Assembly: GCA_029561555.1 (NCBI GenBank)
Contig: JAKQXH010000058.1
Span: 2,949 to 66,948 of the forward strand
DNA: 64,000 nt
DNA from: Candidatus Omnitrophota bacterium
Lineage (GTDB): Bacteria; Omnitrophota; Omnitrophia; Omnitrophales; Omnitrophaceae
Direction of reading: 5' to 3'
Both the position numbers and the translations under genes were made by a program. Shown here in pieces: positions 1-9,325 of the stretch. Every line of letters starts with the position of its first letter. Positions within the stretch are counted from its first letter, which is position 1. Below the pieces are notes generated by a model that saw only the letters and a program-made list of their open reading frames with translations, was not told the DNA's origin and did no database searches.

Positions 1-402
1 TCCGACCGGCACCGGGCTTGCCTGAATAATAGCCCGCCGTATCCCTAAAATATCGCCTCCGGTCGACAAATCCATCACTGCGTCCGCCCCCGCCCGGATC
101 GCGACTCGCATTTTCTCAAGTTCCGTACCGATCTCGGAAGTCACCGAGGAATTACCGAGATTCGCGTTGATTTTGCAGGACGCGGCAATCCCGATCGCCG
201 CCGGTTCCAGCGAAAGATGCCGGATATTGGCGGGGATAATCATCCTCCCCCGCGCCACTTCCGACCGCACGAATTCGGGATTCAACCCTTCCCGTCCGGC
301 CGCAAACCGCATCTCTCCCGTCATCACCCGGTTGCGGGCATAATGCATCTGCGTCACAATACCCTTCCGGTTTTTAACCCACGCGGCACGATTGGCTTTC
401 AT
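1..402 (-). CDS. thiC: Phosphomethylpyrimidine synthase ThiC, N-terminal part (gene runs off left edge)
   Basis: Absent from the ORF track because it has no in-window stop. My translation from the ATG at 402-400 gives [33 protein letters not shown]...[69 protein letters not shown], which matches conserved ThiC blocks (TQMHYAR, IIPANI, KINANx[11 protein letters not shown]). Confidence 0.85.
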   Translation of the reverse strand, partial: MKANRAAWVKNRKGIVTQMHYARNRVMTGEMRFAAGREGLNPEFVRSEVARGRMIIPANIRHLSLEPAAIGIAASCKINANLGNSSVTSEIGTELEKMRVAIRAGADAVMDLSTGGDILGIRRAIIQASPVPVG

Positions 403-456
403 TTCTTTATTCCCCTCTCAAATAGGATAACGCAATTTCGCGGCGATAAAACGGCA

Positions 457-699
457 TTAATTCTTTCCGTAAACCCGCTCCAGGTATCCGATAATCTCGG
501 CGGATTCTTCCATCGAAACACCCCGATCCGGATCCACCAGAAAAGGGACCTGTTCGTTCGGATTCAGCGCGGAAAACTCTTTCCATTTCGGGGTCCCGAT
601 CCGGACATTCCTCGCGATATAATCGATTTCAAGCTCGCTCAGTTTCTCGCGAACCCGCCTGCAATACGGACAACTCTCGAATTGATAAAGTTCAAGCAT
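457..699 (-). CDS. Glutaredoxin-like thiol-disulfide oxidoreductase (80 aa)
   Basis: CPYC active-site motif (YQFESCPYCRRV) and thioredoxin-fold size. Overlaps the upstream radical SAM gene by 8 nt. Confidence 0.75.
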   Translation of the reverse strand: MLELYQFESCPYCRRVREKLSELEIDYIARNVRIGTPKWKEFSALNPNEQVPFLVDPDRGVSMEESAEIIGYLERVYGKN

Positions 700-1651
700 G
701 TTCTTCGGTTCCGGGGGCTATTTTCCTATTTTCCTTCCCAAGAGTCAATCGCCGGCAACCCCACTCAAGCAAAGGTTTTACGATCCTCAAGTCGCATAAA
801 CTCTCCCGGACCGCCCGTTCGAAGAGAAATTTGTCATACTGTTTCAGGGGGCAGTCACAGGATTTAACGGGGCAGACTTTCAAAAACCGGTTGAACCGGA
901 TCTCGTCGTAGATATTGCCCAGGATCTCCCGCGGAGTTTCCAGGCAAGGGCTGATATTCCCGTCGGGCCAGACGATGCCGATATTGAATCCCGCGTTGCA
1001 CAGCCCCCGATACCGGGGATGCGCCCGCAAACCGATCCGGCTCAGCCCGAATGTCCGGATCTCTTCCTCGGTGTAGGCGGCGGGATATCGTTTGCCGTTA
1101 TACGTCCCGACAAAATAACCGAAAAAAATATCAATCCCCCTCTCCCCGAAAAAAGTCCGGTACGCCTCCGCGCGTTCCAAAAGCGGAGGATAAGCCACCA
1201 CCGTCGCCGAAACCGGAAACCCTTTCCGCTTGCAGAGCAGAAAATTCTCCGAGAACCGGTCCGTCAAATCCCGGTCTTCAAGCTCCCGGACATGCAGAGA
1301 GGCATGGATATTGGACACCCTCCGGGGATCGACGGCTTCCGCAAATTCCCGGACATTGGCGCAGGTCAGATTCGTCGTAAACCCGACATAATGCCGCCGG
1401 GTGAGTTCCGCGCAGGCCTCCACAAGATTCGGGATCAGAAACGGTTCGCCTCCTCCGGCAAAGCGGATTTTGAAAACCTTTCCGGTCTTTTCGAGAGCTC
1501 TGACGAAAGCGGGGATGTTGATCTCGGGCAGACCGCCGTTTTCCCGGACCGGACTGTCGTGGGTAACGCAATAAGCGCAATTCAGATTGCAGCGGTTGGT
1601 CAGGCTCAGAAACAGGCAGGCGTCATAATCGGAGAGCAGCGGGTCTTTCAT
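692..1651 (-). CDS. Radical SAM protein with C-terminal Cys-rich (SPASM/twitch-like) region
   Basis: CxxxCxxC cluster motif (TNRCNLNCAYCVTH), a GGGEPFL SAM-binding motif, and C-terminal cysteines (CNAG...ISPC...CPVKSCDCP). Confidence 0.8.
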   Translation of the reverse strand: MKDPLLSDYDACLFLSLTNRCNLNCAYCVTHDSPVRENGGLPEINIPAFVRALEKTGKVFKIRFAGGGEPFLIPNLVEACAELTRRHYVGFTTNLTCANVREFAEAVDPRRVSNIHASLHVRELEDRDLTDRFSENFLLCKRKGFPVSATVVAYPPLLERAEAYRTFFGERGIDIFFGYFVGTYNGKRYPAAYTEEEIRTFGLSRIGLRAHPRYRGLCNAGFNIGIVWPDGNISPCLETPREILGNIYDEIRFNRFLKVCPVKSCDCPLKQYDKFLFERAVRESLCDLRIVKPLLEWGCRRLTLGKENRKIAPGTEEHA

Positions 1652-1657
1652 GCCGGT

Positions 1658-2659
1658 TCACCCTTCCGGAAAAACAAAAAATCGCGGTCTTGTCTTTTTG
1701 AATTCCCTTCCCGTCCGGAGGATTTTATGTTCAAAACCGCCGGTTCGGCCGATGATCCCGCGGATAATGCGGTCGAAATCTTCGGCGTCTTTTCCGTGAA
1801 TCATCGAAAAAACGGGATACGGCCATTCCGGAGGCACGAGCCGCTCATAGCAATGGCTGACTTCGGGAACTTCCGCAATTTTCCGGCCCGCCTGGTCCCG
1901 TTCCGGTTCCGGGACATTCCAAACAACCAGGGCATTCTCCCGGAACCCCGCGAGCCGGTGATTGAGTACGGCCGCCACCCGGCGGACGATTCCCCGATCC
2001 ACCATCCCGCGCGCTTTTTCGAGAAACAATTCTTCGGTGATCCCGCACAAACCCGACAGGTCTTCGAAAGGCCTCTCCGACAAAGGAATCCCGGCCTGAA
2101 ATGCCCGGATAAAAAACCGGTCTTCTTCGTCAAAATCAAAAGGACCGCCGCGGCACGGATCTTCCGGCGCGGGATCTCCTCCGGGATTTTCCGGCACGCG
2201 ATCTTTGCCGGACGGAAAATCGAATCTCACTCTGATCTTAAAAACCCTGACTTCCGGCAGGACCATGACGTCGGAAGGTTCCGAAAGCTCCCGGAGGTCC
2301 TCGACCTCGGACGGCAAATCCCGACCGGGCGGCACCATGATCGTGAACCAAAGATTGAAATCATCCAGCCTTTCGTAGTTATGGCTGACTCCCGGATGAG
2401 CGCTGATCTGCCGGGCCGACTCTTCAATCCGCCCCGGAGGGACTTTCATGGCAACCAACGCGCCTTGATATCCCAAGGCCTTGGCATTGAAAACGGGACC
2501 GATGTCCCGTATCCACCCTTGATCTTTCAATGCCCGGATCCGGAAAAGGCATTCCGGTCCGGAACATCCGACGGATTCGCCCAAGACCCGGAAGGGTTGG
2601 GAAACGAGAGGGAATCCTTTCTGGATTTCGTTTAAAATTTTACGCGAGATTTCTTCCAT
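1658..2659 (-). CDS. Fused Lrp/AsnC-like siroheme decarboxylase homolog (AhbA/AhbB, NirD/L-type, two repeats)
   Basis: Two tandem halves each carry the NirDLGH/AhbAB pattern (ILNEIQKGFPLVSQPF...GALVAMKVPPGRIEE...HPGVSHNYER..FNLWFT, then IRAFQAGIPLSERPF...ENALVVWNVPE...EVSHCYER). Confidence 0.7.
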   Translation of the reverse strand: MEEISRKILNEIQKGFPLVSQPFRVLGESVGCSGPECLFRIRALKDQGWIRDIGPVFNAKALGYQGALVAMKVPPGRIEESARQISAHPGVSHNYERLDDFNLWFTIMVPPGRDLPSEVEDLRELSEPSDVMVLPEVRVFKIRVRFDFPSGKDRVPENPGGDPAPEDPCRGGPFDFDEEDRFFIRAFQAGIPLSERPFEDLSGLCGITEELFLEKARGMVDRGIVRRVAAVLNHRLAGFRENALVVWNVPEPERDQAGRKIAEVPEVSHCYERLVPPEWPYPVFSMIHGKDAEDFDRIIRGIIGRTGGFEHKILRTGREFKKTRPRFFVFPEG

Positions 2660-2673
2660 CGGATTCGGGGTTT

Positions 2674-3435
2674 TCAGGCAAACACCCGGGCTGAAATACC
2701 GGTCCTCTGTTTCAATTTTTTCGCGATGGCCTCAAGCCGCTCCTCCGGGAGTTTCAGGACCCCGGCTTCGGCGGGGCCCCGGTCGATGCTGTAAACATGG
2801 ACCGCCTGAGGTCTGACGAATTGAATGATACGGATCCAGTCGTTCACCTGAGCGTCTCCGGCATTGTCGAAAACCCCGCCGACAAAAAGGCTCTGAACCG
2901 TCTTGTCCGGCAGCGCGCGGACCCCTTCGATCAGATCCTGCCAGCCGATGCCGGCCTGCGGGCGGTTGATCCTTTTGAATTCTTCTTCCGTCCCGGCGTC
3001 CAGCTTCACATACCGGTCATCGAGCTTGATCAAAGCTTCGCGGACGGAAGGCAGATACGCGCGGGAGCCGTTTGTGAGAATTCCGAGGCGGACTTTCGGG
3101 TAATAGCGGTCGCGGACCGCCCTCAAAAAATCGACGGCTTCCGGAAAATCGGGATGGAGCGTCGGCTCTCCGTTGCCCGCGATCGTGATGCAGTCGACGG
3201 AGACCCCCGAATCCGCCGCCGCCCGGAGCTCCCTCTCGAGGAGCGGAAAGAGTTCCCCCGCCCGCTTGATTTTTTCTTCGCCTTCCCGATCCGGGGTCGC
3301 TCCGTACTGGCAGTACACGCAATGAAAATCGCAGCATTTCCGGCTCAGAGGCAGAATATTGACCCCGAGAGAATTTCCGAGCCGCCGGGAACGGACCGGA
3401 CCGTACAAAACCGAGTTTTGAAGATCGATCGTCAT
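2674..3435 (-). CDS. Radical SAM protein (COG0731-like)
   Basis: N-terminal YGPVRSRRLGNSLGVN followed by CDFHCVYCQ (CxxxCxxC). Also GNGEPTL. Confidence 0.8.
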   Translation of the reverse strand: MTIDLQNSVLYGPVRSRRLGNSLGVNILPLSRKCCDFHCVYCQYGATPDREGEEKIKRAGELFPLLERELRAAADSGVSVDCITIAGNGEPTLHPDFPEAVDFLRAVRDRYYPKVRLGILTNGSRAYLPSVREALIKLDDRYVKLDAGTEEEFKRINRPQAGIGWQDLIEGVRALPDKTVQSLFVGGVFDNAGDAQVNDWIRIIQFVRPQAVHVYSIDRGPAEAGVLKLPEERLEAIAKKLKQRTGISARVFA

Positions 3436-3590
3436 TCGATTACCCTTTGCAAGAAAATGATGAGCCCTTCGGAATCCGCCCGGGCGGTTGTTTCAGACGG
3501 TTCTCTTCTTCGTGATAAGCCAAAAAGACCGGAGCGTCAAAATAAAAATCATACACCAGCAAAGCGTCATGAACACCCATCCGGAGACCT

Positions 3591-5204
3591 TCATGACGGG
3601 ATCCTCTGCTGAATATAATGGCGCTTCTGCCACGCGATGCGGACCAGCGCGACCATCAGAAGGAGTATCCCCGCCAGGACGAATCTCGCGAACCAGATGT
3701 ACGGATAATTTTCGGGCCGGACCCCTTTCATCAGGAGAACATTCATCCCGTCCTGCCAAAACCACACCCCCATTAAAATGATCAGGTATGCCGGCGTGAC
3801 GTATTTGATAATGGGATAGAAAATGCGGGGGATCCTGATGTCGGCCCCGGTGCAGATTTCCTTCCAGGCGTTCCGGGATCCGAAAACCCAGATAAATAGG
3901 ATGACCTCCACCAGCGCGAAGACCACCAGCCCGAATGTCCCGATCCAGAAATCCATTTCGTCCAGAAACCCGTGTTTAAGGAAGAAAATCACCGGCTGCA
4001 TGAGGAAGAAAGCAAGCCCCCCGACCACGTACGCGGCCTGTTTCTTCGCCAGCTTGAATTCCTCCTGAAGGAACGACACCAGCGGTTGGGCCATGGAGAC
4101 CGAAGACGTGATCCCGGCCAGAAAGAGCAGGAAAAACCAGATCGCCCCGAAAAACTGTCCGAACGGCAGCTTCTGAAAAATGATGGGCATCGCGAAAAAA
4201 CCGAGATCAAACGCCCCTCCGCTTGCGATTTGGCGGGTCTGCTGAAGCCCGAAAAAGGCGACGGTGACGGGGATCGCGATCGAACCGCCGAGAATCACTT
4301 CGGCAAATTCGTTGGCGGAACTGGTGGCAAGGCCCGAAAGCACGACGTCGTCGCGTTTTGAAAGATAGCTCGCGTAAGTCTGAATCGCGCCGAACCCGAC
4401 GCTCAAGGTGAAAAAAATCTGGCCGGTCGCCGCGAGCCAGACCTTCGCGTTCCCCAAAGCCCGGAAGTCCGGATTCCAGATAAATCCCAGACCGTTCCAC
4501 ACATTCCGGTCCGGATACGCGGGATCCGGCGTTCCCAGCGTGAAAACCCGGATCAACAGGATAAAACCGAAAACGAAAATCATGGGAATCGCGACATTCG
4601 CCAGCCGCTCGATCCCCCGGGAAATGCCCCGGGAGAGGATCCAGACGTTCAGAATCATGGTGATCATGAAAAACAGATACGCCGTCCCGATCCCGTTGAA
4701 ATAGCCGTTCACGGCCTTGCCCTGGTACCCCGCGAGGAAATCCACCATCCCCTGATGATTCTGGATCCCGAAATACTTGCCCGTGATCGAAAAGATGCTG
4801 TAAGCAAGCGTCCAGGACTCGATGTAGGTGTAATAGACCACGAGGCCGAACGGGATGGCGATGCCGATCGCGCCGAGGTATTTCGCCGCCGGATGTCTCC
4901 ACAAATAATGGAACATGCCGGGAGTGGTGCCGTGTCCGTATTTCCCGCCGAAGCGCCCGATCCCCCACTCAATCCACATGAGGGGAATCCCCAGAAGAAC
5001 AAACGCGATAATGTAGGGGACCATGAACGCGCCGCCTCCGTTGCCGGCGCACTGCACCGGGAAACGGAGGAAATTCCCGAGACCGATGGCATTCCCCGCC
5101 ATGGCCAGGACCAGGCCGATCCGGGTCGCCCATCTTTCGCGGGCGAAGCTCCCGCCGGAGGGTTCCGGCGAAGGGTGGATTTTTTTATCCGATTTTTCCG
5201 TCAT
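3591..5204 (-). CDS. Sodium:neurotransmitter symporter (NSS/SNF, LeuT-like) transporter
   Basis: RERWATRIGLVLAMAGNAIGLGNFLRFPVQCAGNGGGAFMVPY is the hallmark NSS TM1 motif. 537 aa and polytopic. Confidence 0.9.
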   Translation of the reverse strand: MTEKSDKKIHPSPEPSGGSFARERWATRIGLVLAMAGNAIGLGNFLRFPVQCAGNGGGAFMVPYIIAFVLLGIPLMWIEWGIGRFGGKYGHGTTPGMFHYLWRHPAAKYLGAIGIAIPFGLVVYYTYIESWTLAYSIFSITGKYFGIQNHQGMVDFLAGYQGKAVNGYFNGIGTAYLFFMITMILNVWILSRGISRGIERLANVAIPMIFVFGFILLIRVFTLGTPDPAYPDRNVWNGLGFIWNPDFRALGNAKVWLAATGQIFFTLSVGFGAIQTYASYLSKRDDVVLSGLATSSANEFAEVILGGSIAIPVTVAFFGLQQTRQIASGGAFDLGFFAMPIIFQKLPFGQFFGAIWFFLLFLAGITSSVSMAQPLVSFLQEEFKLAKKQAAYVVGGLAFFLMQPVIFFLKHGFLDEMDFWIGTFGLVVFALVEVILFIWVFGSRNAWKEICTGADIRIPRIFYPIIKYVTPAYLIILMGVWFWQDGMNVLLMKGVRPENYPYIWFARFVLAGILLLMVALVRIAWQKRHYIQQRIPS

Positions 5205-5493
5205 GATTAAGGGTACAGATTAGCATAACCGGCCGGCCCCAAAAACAATTTTCTTGGGCGGGATCCCCGGCAAAAAAATTTTCATCTCAAACGCGTCAAA
5301 AAAACTTGTAACTTAATCAAAGCGCGTTATCATACCGTTAGGAGAACGATTCATGGAATCGAAGTCCGGCATTCGAAAAATTCTTTCCTCAACCGTTTCA
5401 GCAACTCCGGCGATCGATCTTGGTCTTCGCCCATAAAACCGGCGGCCTCGGCTCTCCCGGGAATTCCGACGGACGCCGACTAGGAGAAAAATT

Positions 5494-5658
5494 ATGAGGA
5501 AGAAGAGAAAACTCGAACCCGAAAAAACAAAGCAAGATTCGTACCCGGCCGCGGCTCCGGGCGCAGCCTCGGGACAGGCCAAAGCCAAGCAGCATTCCTG
5601 GGTCGATGACGTCGATTGGTTCGGCGACAAGCCCGCGGTAGCGAAAAGTTCTTCCTGA
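5494..5658 (+). CDS. Hypothetical small charged protein (54 aa), unannotated
   Basis: Below the ORF-track cutoff. ATG preceded by TAGGAGAAAAATT (strong SD). Translation: MRKKRKLEPEKTKQDSYPAAAPGAASGQAKAKQHSWVDDVDWFGDKPAVAKSSS. No homology recognised. Confidence 0.25.
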   Translation: MRKKRKLEPEKTKQDSYPAAAPGAASGQAKAKQHSWVDDVDWFGDKPAVAKSSS

Positions 5659-5717
5659 TCAAACGGAACGTCCGGATTTCAGTCCGTCGCGAAGCGATTT
5701 CGGCAATCGGGCAAGGG

Positions 5718-6425
5718 CTAAAAAATAAGCCAGAGAAATTGCCGGAAGGGTACTTGCCTTTTCTCCAGCCACTTCAGCCAGTTCAGGTCTCCTTCTTTCG
5801 GGTAATTTTCGAAAAATACGGCGGGATCGTAGAATCTTTCCGTGACTTCCCCCGCGGTTTTGAGGGAAATCGTGTCGCTCGGGACGAAAGCCCTCCGGTG
5901 CAGCTGAAAATGAAGATGATCGTAATAGGCCCCGTATTTTTTGAGCTCCTGACGGTTGAACGTCCTGCCGATCAACGTCGAAACATCCACCCGCATCCCC
6001 CGCTTCACCCGGACGTCCGCGATATGAATATAGCTTGAGTAAACGATCTCCCCCGTCGGGAGAAGATGGGCGATCGTCACGCGGGTGCCGGCCCCCTGGA
6101 TTTTGACATCGTAGACTTTCCCCTTTGCCGCGGCATAGACCGGTTCGGCCGGTTTGGGAGTCCGGCCGCTTTGGAGATCGACGCCGGTGTGCAGATGGGC
6201 CGCCATGTGTTCATACGCCGCGCGATCGGCGAGAAACGCCCCTTTGTCCCGCGTCACGGAAGACTTCCAATCCGACCGATCCCCCGTTTCCAGGGGAAGA
6301 TCCCACACATAGGCCGCCGATGCCTTCACCCGGGAATCAATGACGCGGGGCAGAAGAAAGGAAATACCGGAAGCAAAAAAGACCGCGAGAACGACCGAAA
6401 CTTTCAGGCCCGGCAGAAATCGCAT
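5718..6425 (-). CDS. M23 family metallopeptidase (LytM-like), membrane-anchored
   Basis: HxxxD (HLHTGVD) and HLHFQL motifs. The start is trimmed to MRFLPGLKVSVVLAVFF (signal anchor), because the longer ORF overlaps nth more extensively. Confidence 0.75.
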   Translation of the reverse strand: MRFLPGLKVSVVLAVFFASGISFLLPRVIDSRVKASAAYVWDLPLETGDRSDWKSSVTRDKGAFLADRAAYEHMAAHLHTGVDLQSGRTPKPAEPVYAAAKGKVYDVKIQGAGTRVTIAHLLPTGEIVYSSYIHIADVRVKRGMRVDVSTLIGRTFNRQELKKYGAYYDHLHFQLHRRAFVPSDTISLKTAGEVTERFYDPAVFFENYPKEGDLNWLKWLEKRQVPFRQFLWLIF

Positions 6426-7045
6426 AATTTCCGGAGCTTGCAGGCCGCGCACTGCGGGGCGCGCGCTTTGCAAACCGCCCTCCCGTGATCGATCAAAAGA
6501 TGAGCGAGACGGATCCAGTCTTTCTCGGGATAAAGTTTCATCAAAGCAAATTCGATTTTAACCGGATCCTCCTCCGGAGTCAGTCCCAGCCGACCCGCAA
6601 GACGGATCACATGCGTCTCGACCGCGATCGAAGGTTTCCCGAAGGCATTCCCCAGAACCACATTCGCGGTCTTCCGCCCGACGCCCGGGAGCTTCACCAA
6701 ATCTTCAAGGCGATCCGGGACGGCACCCCGGTATTGTCCCGCAAGCGTCCGCGCGCAATTTTGAATACTCCGGGCTTTGCTCCTGTAAAAACCGGTCGAA
6801 TGGATTGCCTTTTCGATCGCGGCGGAATCCGCGGCACCGAGCGCTTCCGGCGTGGGATATTGCTTAAAAAGACCCGGAGTCACCCGGTTCACCCGTTCGT
6901 CCGTGCATTGCGCGGAAAGAATCGTCGCGATCAACAATTGAAATGGATTTTTAAAATGAAGGGATGAATGCGCGGCGGGATATTCCCGTTTTAAGACGGA
7001 AATAATTTTCAGCGCTCTGGCCTGGATGGCTCGGGGACCCGTCAT
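6404..7045 (-). CDS. nth: Endonuclease III
   Basis: LLIATILSAQCTDERVN, HhH-GPD motif (LPGVGRKTANVVLG), and a C-terminal 4-Cys cluster (CKARAPQCAACKLRKLC). Confidence 0.9.
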   Translation of the reverse strand: MTGPRAIQARALKIISVLKREYPAAHSSLHFKNPFQLLIATILSAQCTDERVNRVTPGLFKQYPTPEALGAADSAAIEKAIHSTGFYRSKARSIQNCARTLAGQYRGAVPDRLEDLVKLPGVGRKTANVVLGNAFGKPSIAVETHVIRLAGRLGLTPEEDPVKIEFALMKLYPEKDWIRLAHLLIDHGRAVCKARAPQCAACKLRKLCDFCRA

Positions 7046-7064
7046 GTTAAGGCTGGGAGAAAAC

Positions 7065-7598
7065 CTACATTCCCGCTTCGCGATTGGCCTGAGTTTCGTT
7101 CACGTCCGTGCGCTGCATCCAGCGCCGGGAACGGAGGACAAAAACCTGATATTTCCCGTTCCCGATCACCCAGCGGATCTCGAACGGGATGAATTCGTAA
7201 AAATGGACGTCCGGAAGCTGAAAAAGGTCTTTGGATGTCGGATATTTCTGCAGATAGGCGTCTTTGTAACGTTGAAGCCATTTCGCGTCTTTCGCCTCGT
7301 CGAGAAGATTCGTGGTGCAGATAAAAGTCACTTTCTGTTTCTCGTGAGTCGGAATGGATTTTTGTTCCATCAACAGCAGGCTGACTTCCGAATTCCTCGC
7401 GATGTTCTTCCCGTGCTGCGAAAAATCGCTCAGGATCACGGAAAATCTCCCGAACTCCCCTTCCTCTTTCTTGAACACAAAGCCCATCCCGCTCACGAAC
7501 GGGCGGCTGTAATCCAGCGAAGCCAACGCCAGCTCCTGGGACTCAAGCGCCAACGCCTGGACTTTCTGGAACATCACGACGACGCTGTCTGTAAACAT
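7065..7598 (-). CDS. Pyridoxamine 5'-phosphate oxidase-like FMN-binding split-barrel family protein (putative)
   Basis: 177 aa. The pattern resembles the PPOX/HugZ-like family only weakly (LASLD..PFVS...ARN..VSLLL; C-terminal FYEFIP...GNGKY). Confidence 0.45.
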   Translation of the reverse strand: MFTDSVVVMFQKVQALALESQELALASLDYSRPFVSGMGFVFKKEEGEFGRFSVILSDFSQHGKNIARNSEVSLLLMEQKSIPTHEKQKVTFICTTNLLDEAKDAKWLQRYKDAYLQKYPTSKDLFQLPDVHFYEFIPFEIRWVIGNGKYQVFVLRSRRWMQRTDVNETQANREAGM

Positions 7599-7641
7599 GT
7601 AACGCCTCCTAAAATTCTCCGCGGGCCAAAGCCCCCGCCTT

Positions 7642-8925
7642 CTACACCCTCAGATCCGCCTTCTTGAATTTAAACTCCGGAAATTCGGGCAACCGGTCTC
7701 CGATCAGGGGGAGCGCGTATTTTGAAAAAGCGGGCGAAATCCCTGTTTTCTCCGAATTCAAAAAGCAGGTCGGGAAATACCACTCCCGGTTCGGGATTTT
7801 TTCCAGAGGAACGGGACAATATTGAATGCGGTATTGGGGCCCCGGCTGTCTGACAAACCCGACCATCACTTTTGAAATCCCCTTGAGAGCCCATTGCACC
7901 GCCCGTTCTCCCGCTTCATAGGCCTCCCGCTGATCCACGGAGGAAACATAAGGGATCGACATTCTCTGAATCGTCCCCGGCTTGTCGTACCGCGCGCGCA
8001 CCTTGAGGTTTCTTTCAACCGACTGCGCGAGATAAGCGGCCGCGCCCTCGACATAAACATGCCCGAACCCGTCCCGGACAATCCCCTCCTTCTTGGTCCC
8101 GACCCGCTTCCCCGCCTCGTCCCGGATCGTCTCCGAAATCACCACGACACAATACCCCGCATCCCGCAGAACGCGCTCGACATTCCCCAAAAATCCCGAT
8201 TCCTCAAACGGGACTTCGGGAAGCAGCAAAAGATGGGGCGCTTCTTTTTCCGAACGCTTGAGCAGCGCGGAGGCGGCCACGATCCATCCTGAATTCCGGC
8301 CCATCAACTCGATGATTTTGACGGGATCGACATGCCTCATGGATTTCGTGTCCCATCCGGCTTCCTGCGTCGTGATCGCGGCAAAACGGGCCACGGAACC
8401 GTAGCCGGGGCAGTGATCCGTCTCGACCAGATCGTTATCGATGGTTTTGGGGACATGCACGACCCGGAGTTCGTATTGTTTATCCCGCGCCGCTTCCGCG
8501 ATCCTCAGGACCGTCTCCGCCGTGTCATTCCCGCCGATCAGGAAAAGATAGCGGACGTCCCATTTCTCCAGTTTCTCGAGGATTTCGAATTCTTCCCCGC
8601 CCTGCAATTTGTAACGGGAAGAACCCAAAACGGCCGAAGGCAGATTCCGGATATCGCGGCTGAAATTTTTCGGCTGGACTTTCAAATCCACCAAATCGTC
8701 GGTGAGAATGCCCGTCACCCCGTACTGGGCGCCCCAAATCTGGGTAATCGCCTTGGAACTTTTCGCGGCATCCAAAATCCCGGCCAGGCTCTGATTGATG
8801 ACGGCCGTACAGCCCCCGGACTGCCCTAAAATCGCCTTTCCCTTTAGCGGTGTCACAATCCCCTTCTTCCTCTGCAAAATTTCCTTTTTAGATTTTGCCG
8901 TCCCAGCGACCGCCCTTCCGGTCAA
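7642..8925 (-). CDS. pfp: 6-phosphofructokinase, probably pyrophosphate-dependent
   Basis: PFK-A family motifs GQSGGCTAVIN, IGGNDT, PKTIDNDL and MGRNSGW. Asp at the GGxD position and Lys in PKTIDND are the residues classically associated with PPi rather than ATP use. Confidence 0.85.
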   Translation of the reverse strand: MTGRAVAGTAKSKKEILQRKKGIVTPLKGKAILGQSGGCTAVINQSLAGILDAAKSSKAITQIWGAQYGVTGILTDDLVDLKVQPKNFSRDIRNLPSAVLGSSRYKLQGGEEFEILEKLEKWDVRYLFLIGGNDTAETVLRIAEAARDKQYELRVVHVPKTIDNDLVETDHCPGYGSVARFAAITTQEAGWDTKSMRHVDPVKIIELMGRNSGWIVAASALLKRSEKEAPHLLLLPEVPFEESGFLGNVERVLRDAGYCVVVISETIRDEAGKRVGTKKEGIVRDGFGHVYVEGAAAYLAQSVERNLKVRARYDKPGTIQRMSIPYVSSVDQREAYEAGERAVQWALKGISKVMVGFVRQPGPQYRIQYCPVPLEKIPNREWYFPTCFLNSEKTGISPAFSKYALPLIGDRLPEFPEFKFKKADLRV

Positions 8926-9178
8926 TCAAAGCGTCCCATCCGGACCAAAGCCTGAAAATGCCGGTCAGCCCCAAAAGCGCGTGGGTGACAATTTTCTTCT
9001 CTTCGTTATCGTTCAGGTACTGCCCGATACCCGGCCACAGCAGGAGAGAGCACAAGCCGTAAATCGCCGTTTTACCCGTTATTTTTCCGTGCACCGCGGT
9101 ATTCTCGGCAAACACCTGCCCGGGCAATGCTCCGAAAATCAAAGCCGCTATAATCAGCAATGAGATAAACTTTTTCAT
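8888..9178 (-). CDS. Small secreted/membrane protein (96 aa), hypothetical
   Basis: Signal peptide MKKFISLLIIAALIFGALPGQVFA plus a hydrophobic segment. Its 3' end overlaps the annotated pfp start by 38 nt, so the pfp start may lie further in. Confidence 0.5.
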   Translation of the reverse strand: MKKFISLLIIAALIFGALPGQVFAENTAVHGKITGKTAIYGLCSLLLWPGIGQYLNDNEEKKIVTHALLGLTGIFRLWSGWDALIDRKGGRWDGKI

Positions 9179-9325
9179 CGAAGTGCCTCCGTCTTTGAGC
9201 CTCTCAGTTAAAGAAATGATTCACCCAAAAACATCTTTCGGAAATCATGAAAGCGGTCTTTCAATTGGAAATTGATTATAGCACCGGCCATTATTGACGT
9301 CTACGCGCTTTCGCAGACCTCTTTT

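Noticed and set aside
1019-2635. Very long antisense ORFs. Examples: 1019-2635 plus (538 aa), 14710-15942 plus, 16017-17729 plus (570 aa), 22422-24095 plus (557 aa), 33994-35553 plus (519 aa), 60786-62387 plus (533 aa).
   Set aside because: Each lies exactly antisense to a gene with strong family motifs (radical SAM/AhbAB, glgP, CPA2, DegT, mutL, PAS-GGDEF). Their products are Arg/Pro/Gly/His-rich low-complexity strings with no motifs. Stop-poor antisense frames are expected in GC-rich genomes.
5313-5630. 105-aa minus-strand ORF in the NSS-upstream gap.
   Set aside because: It has no SD and a low-complexity, Cys/Ala/Ser/Phe-rich product. It is antisense to a better-supported small plus-strand ORF with a strong SD.
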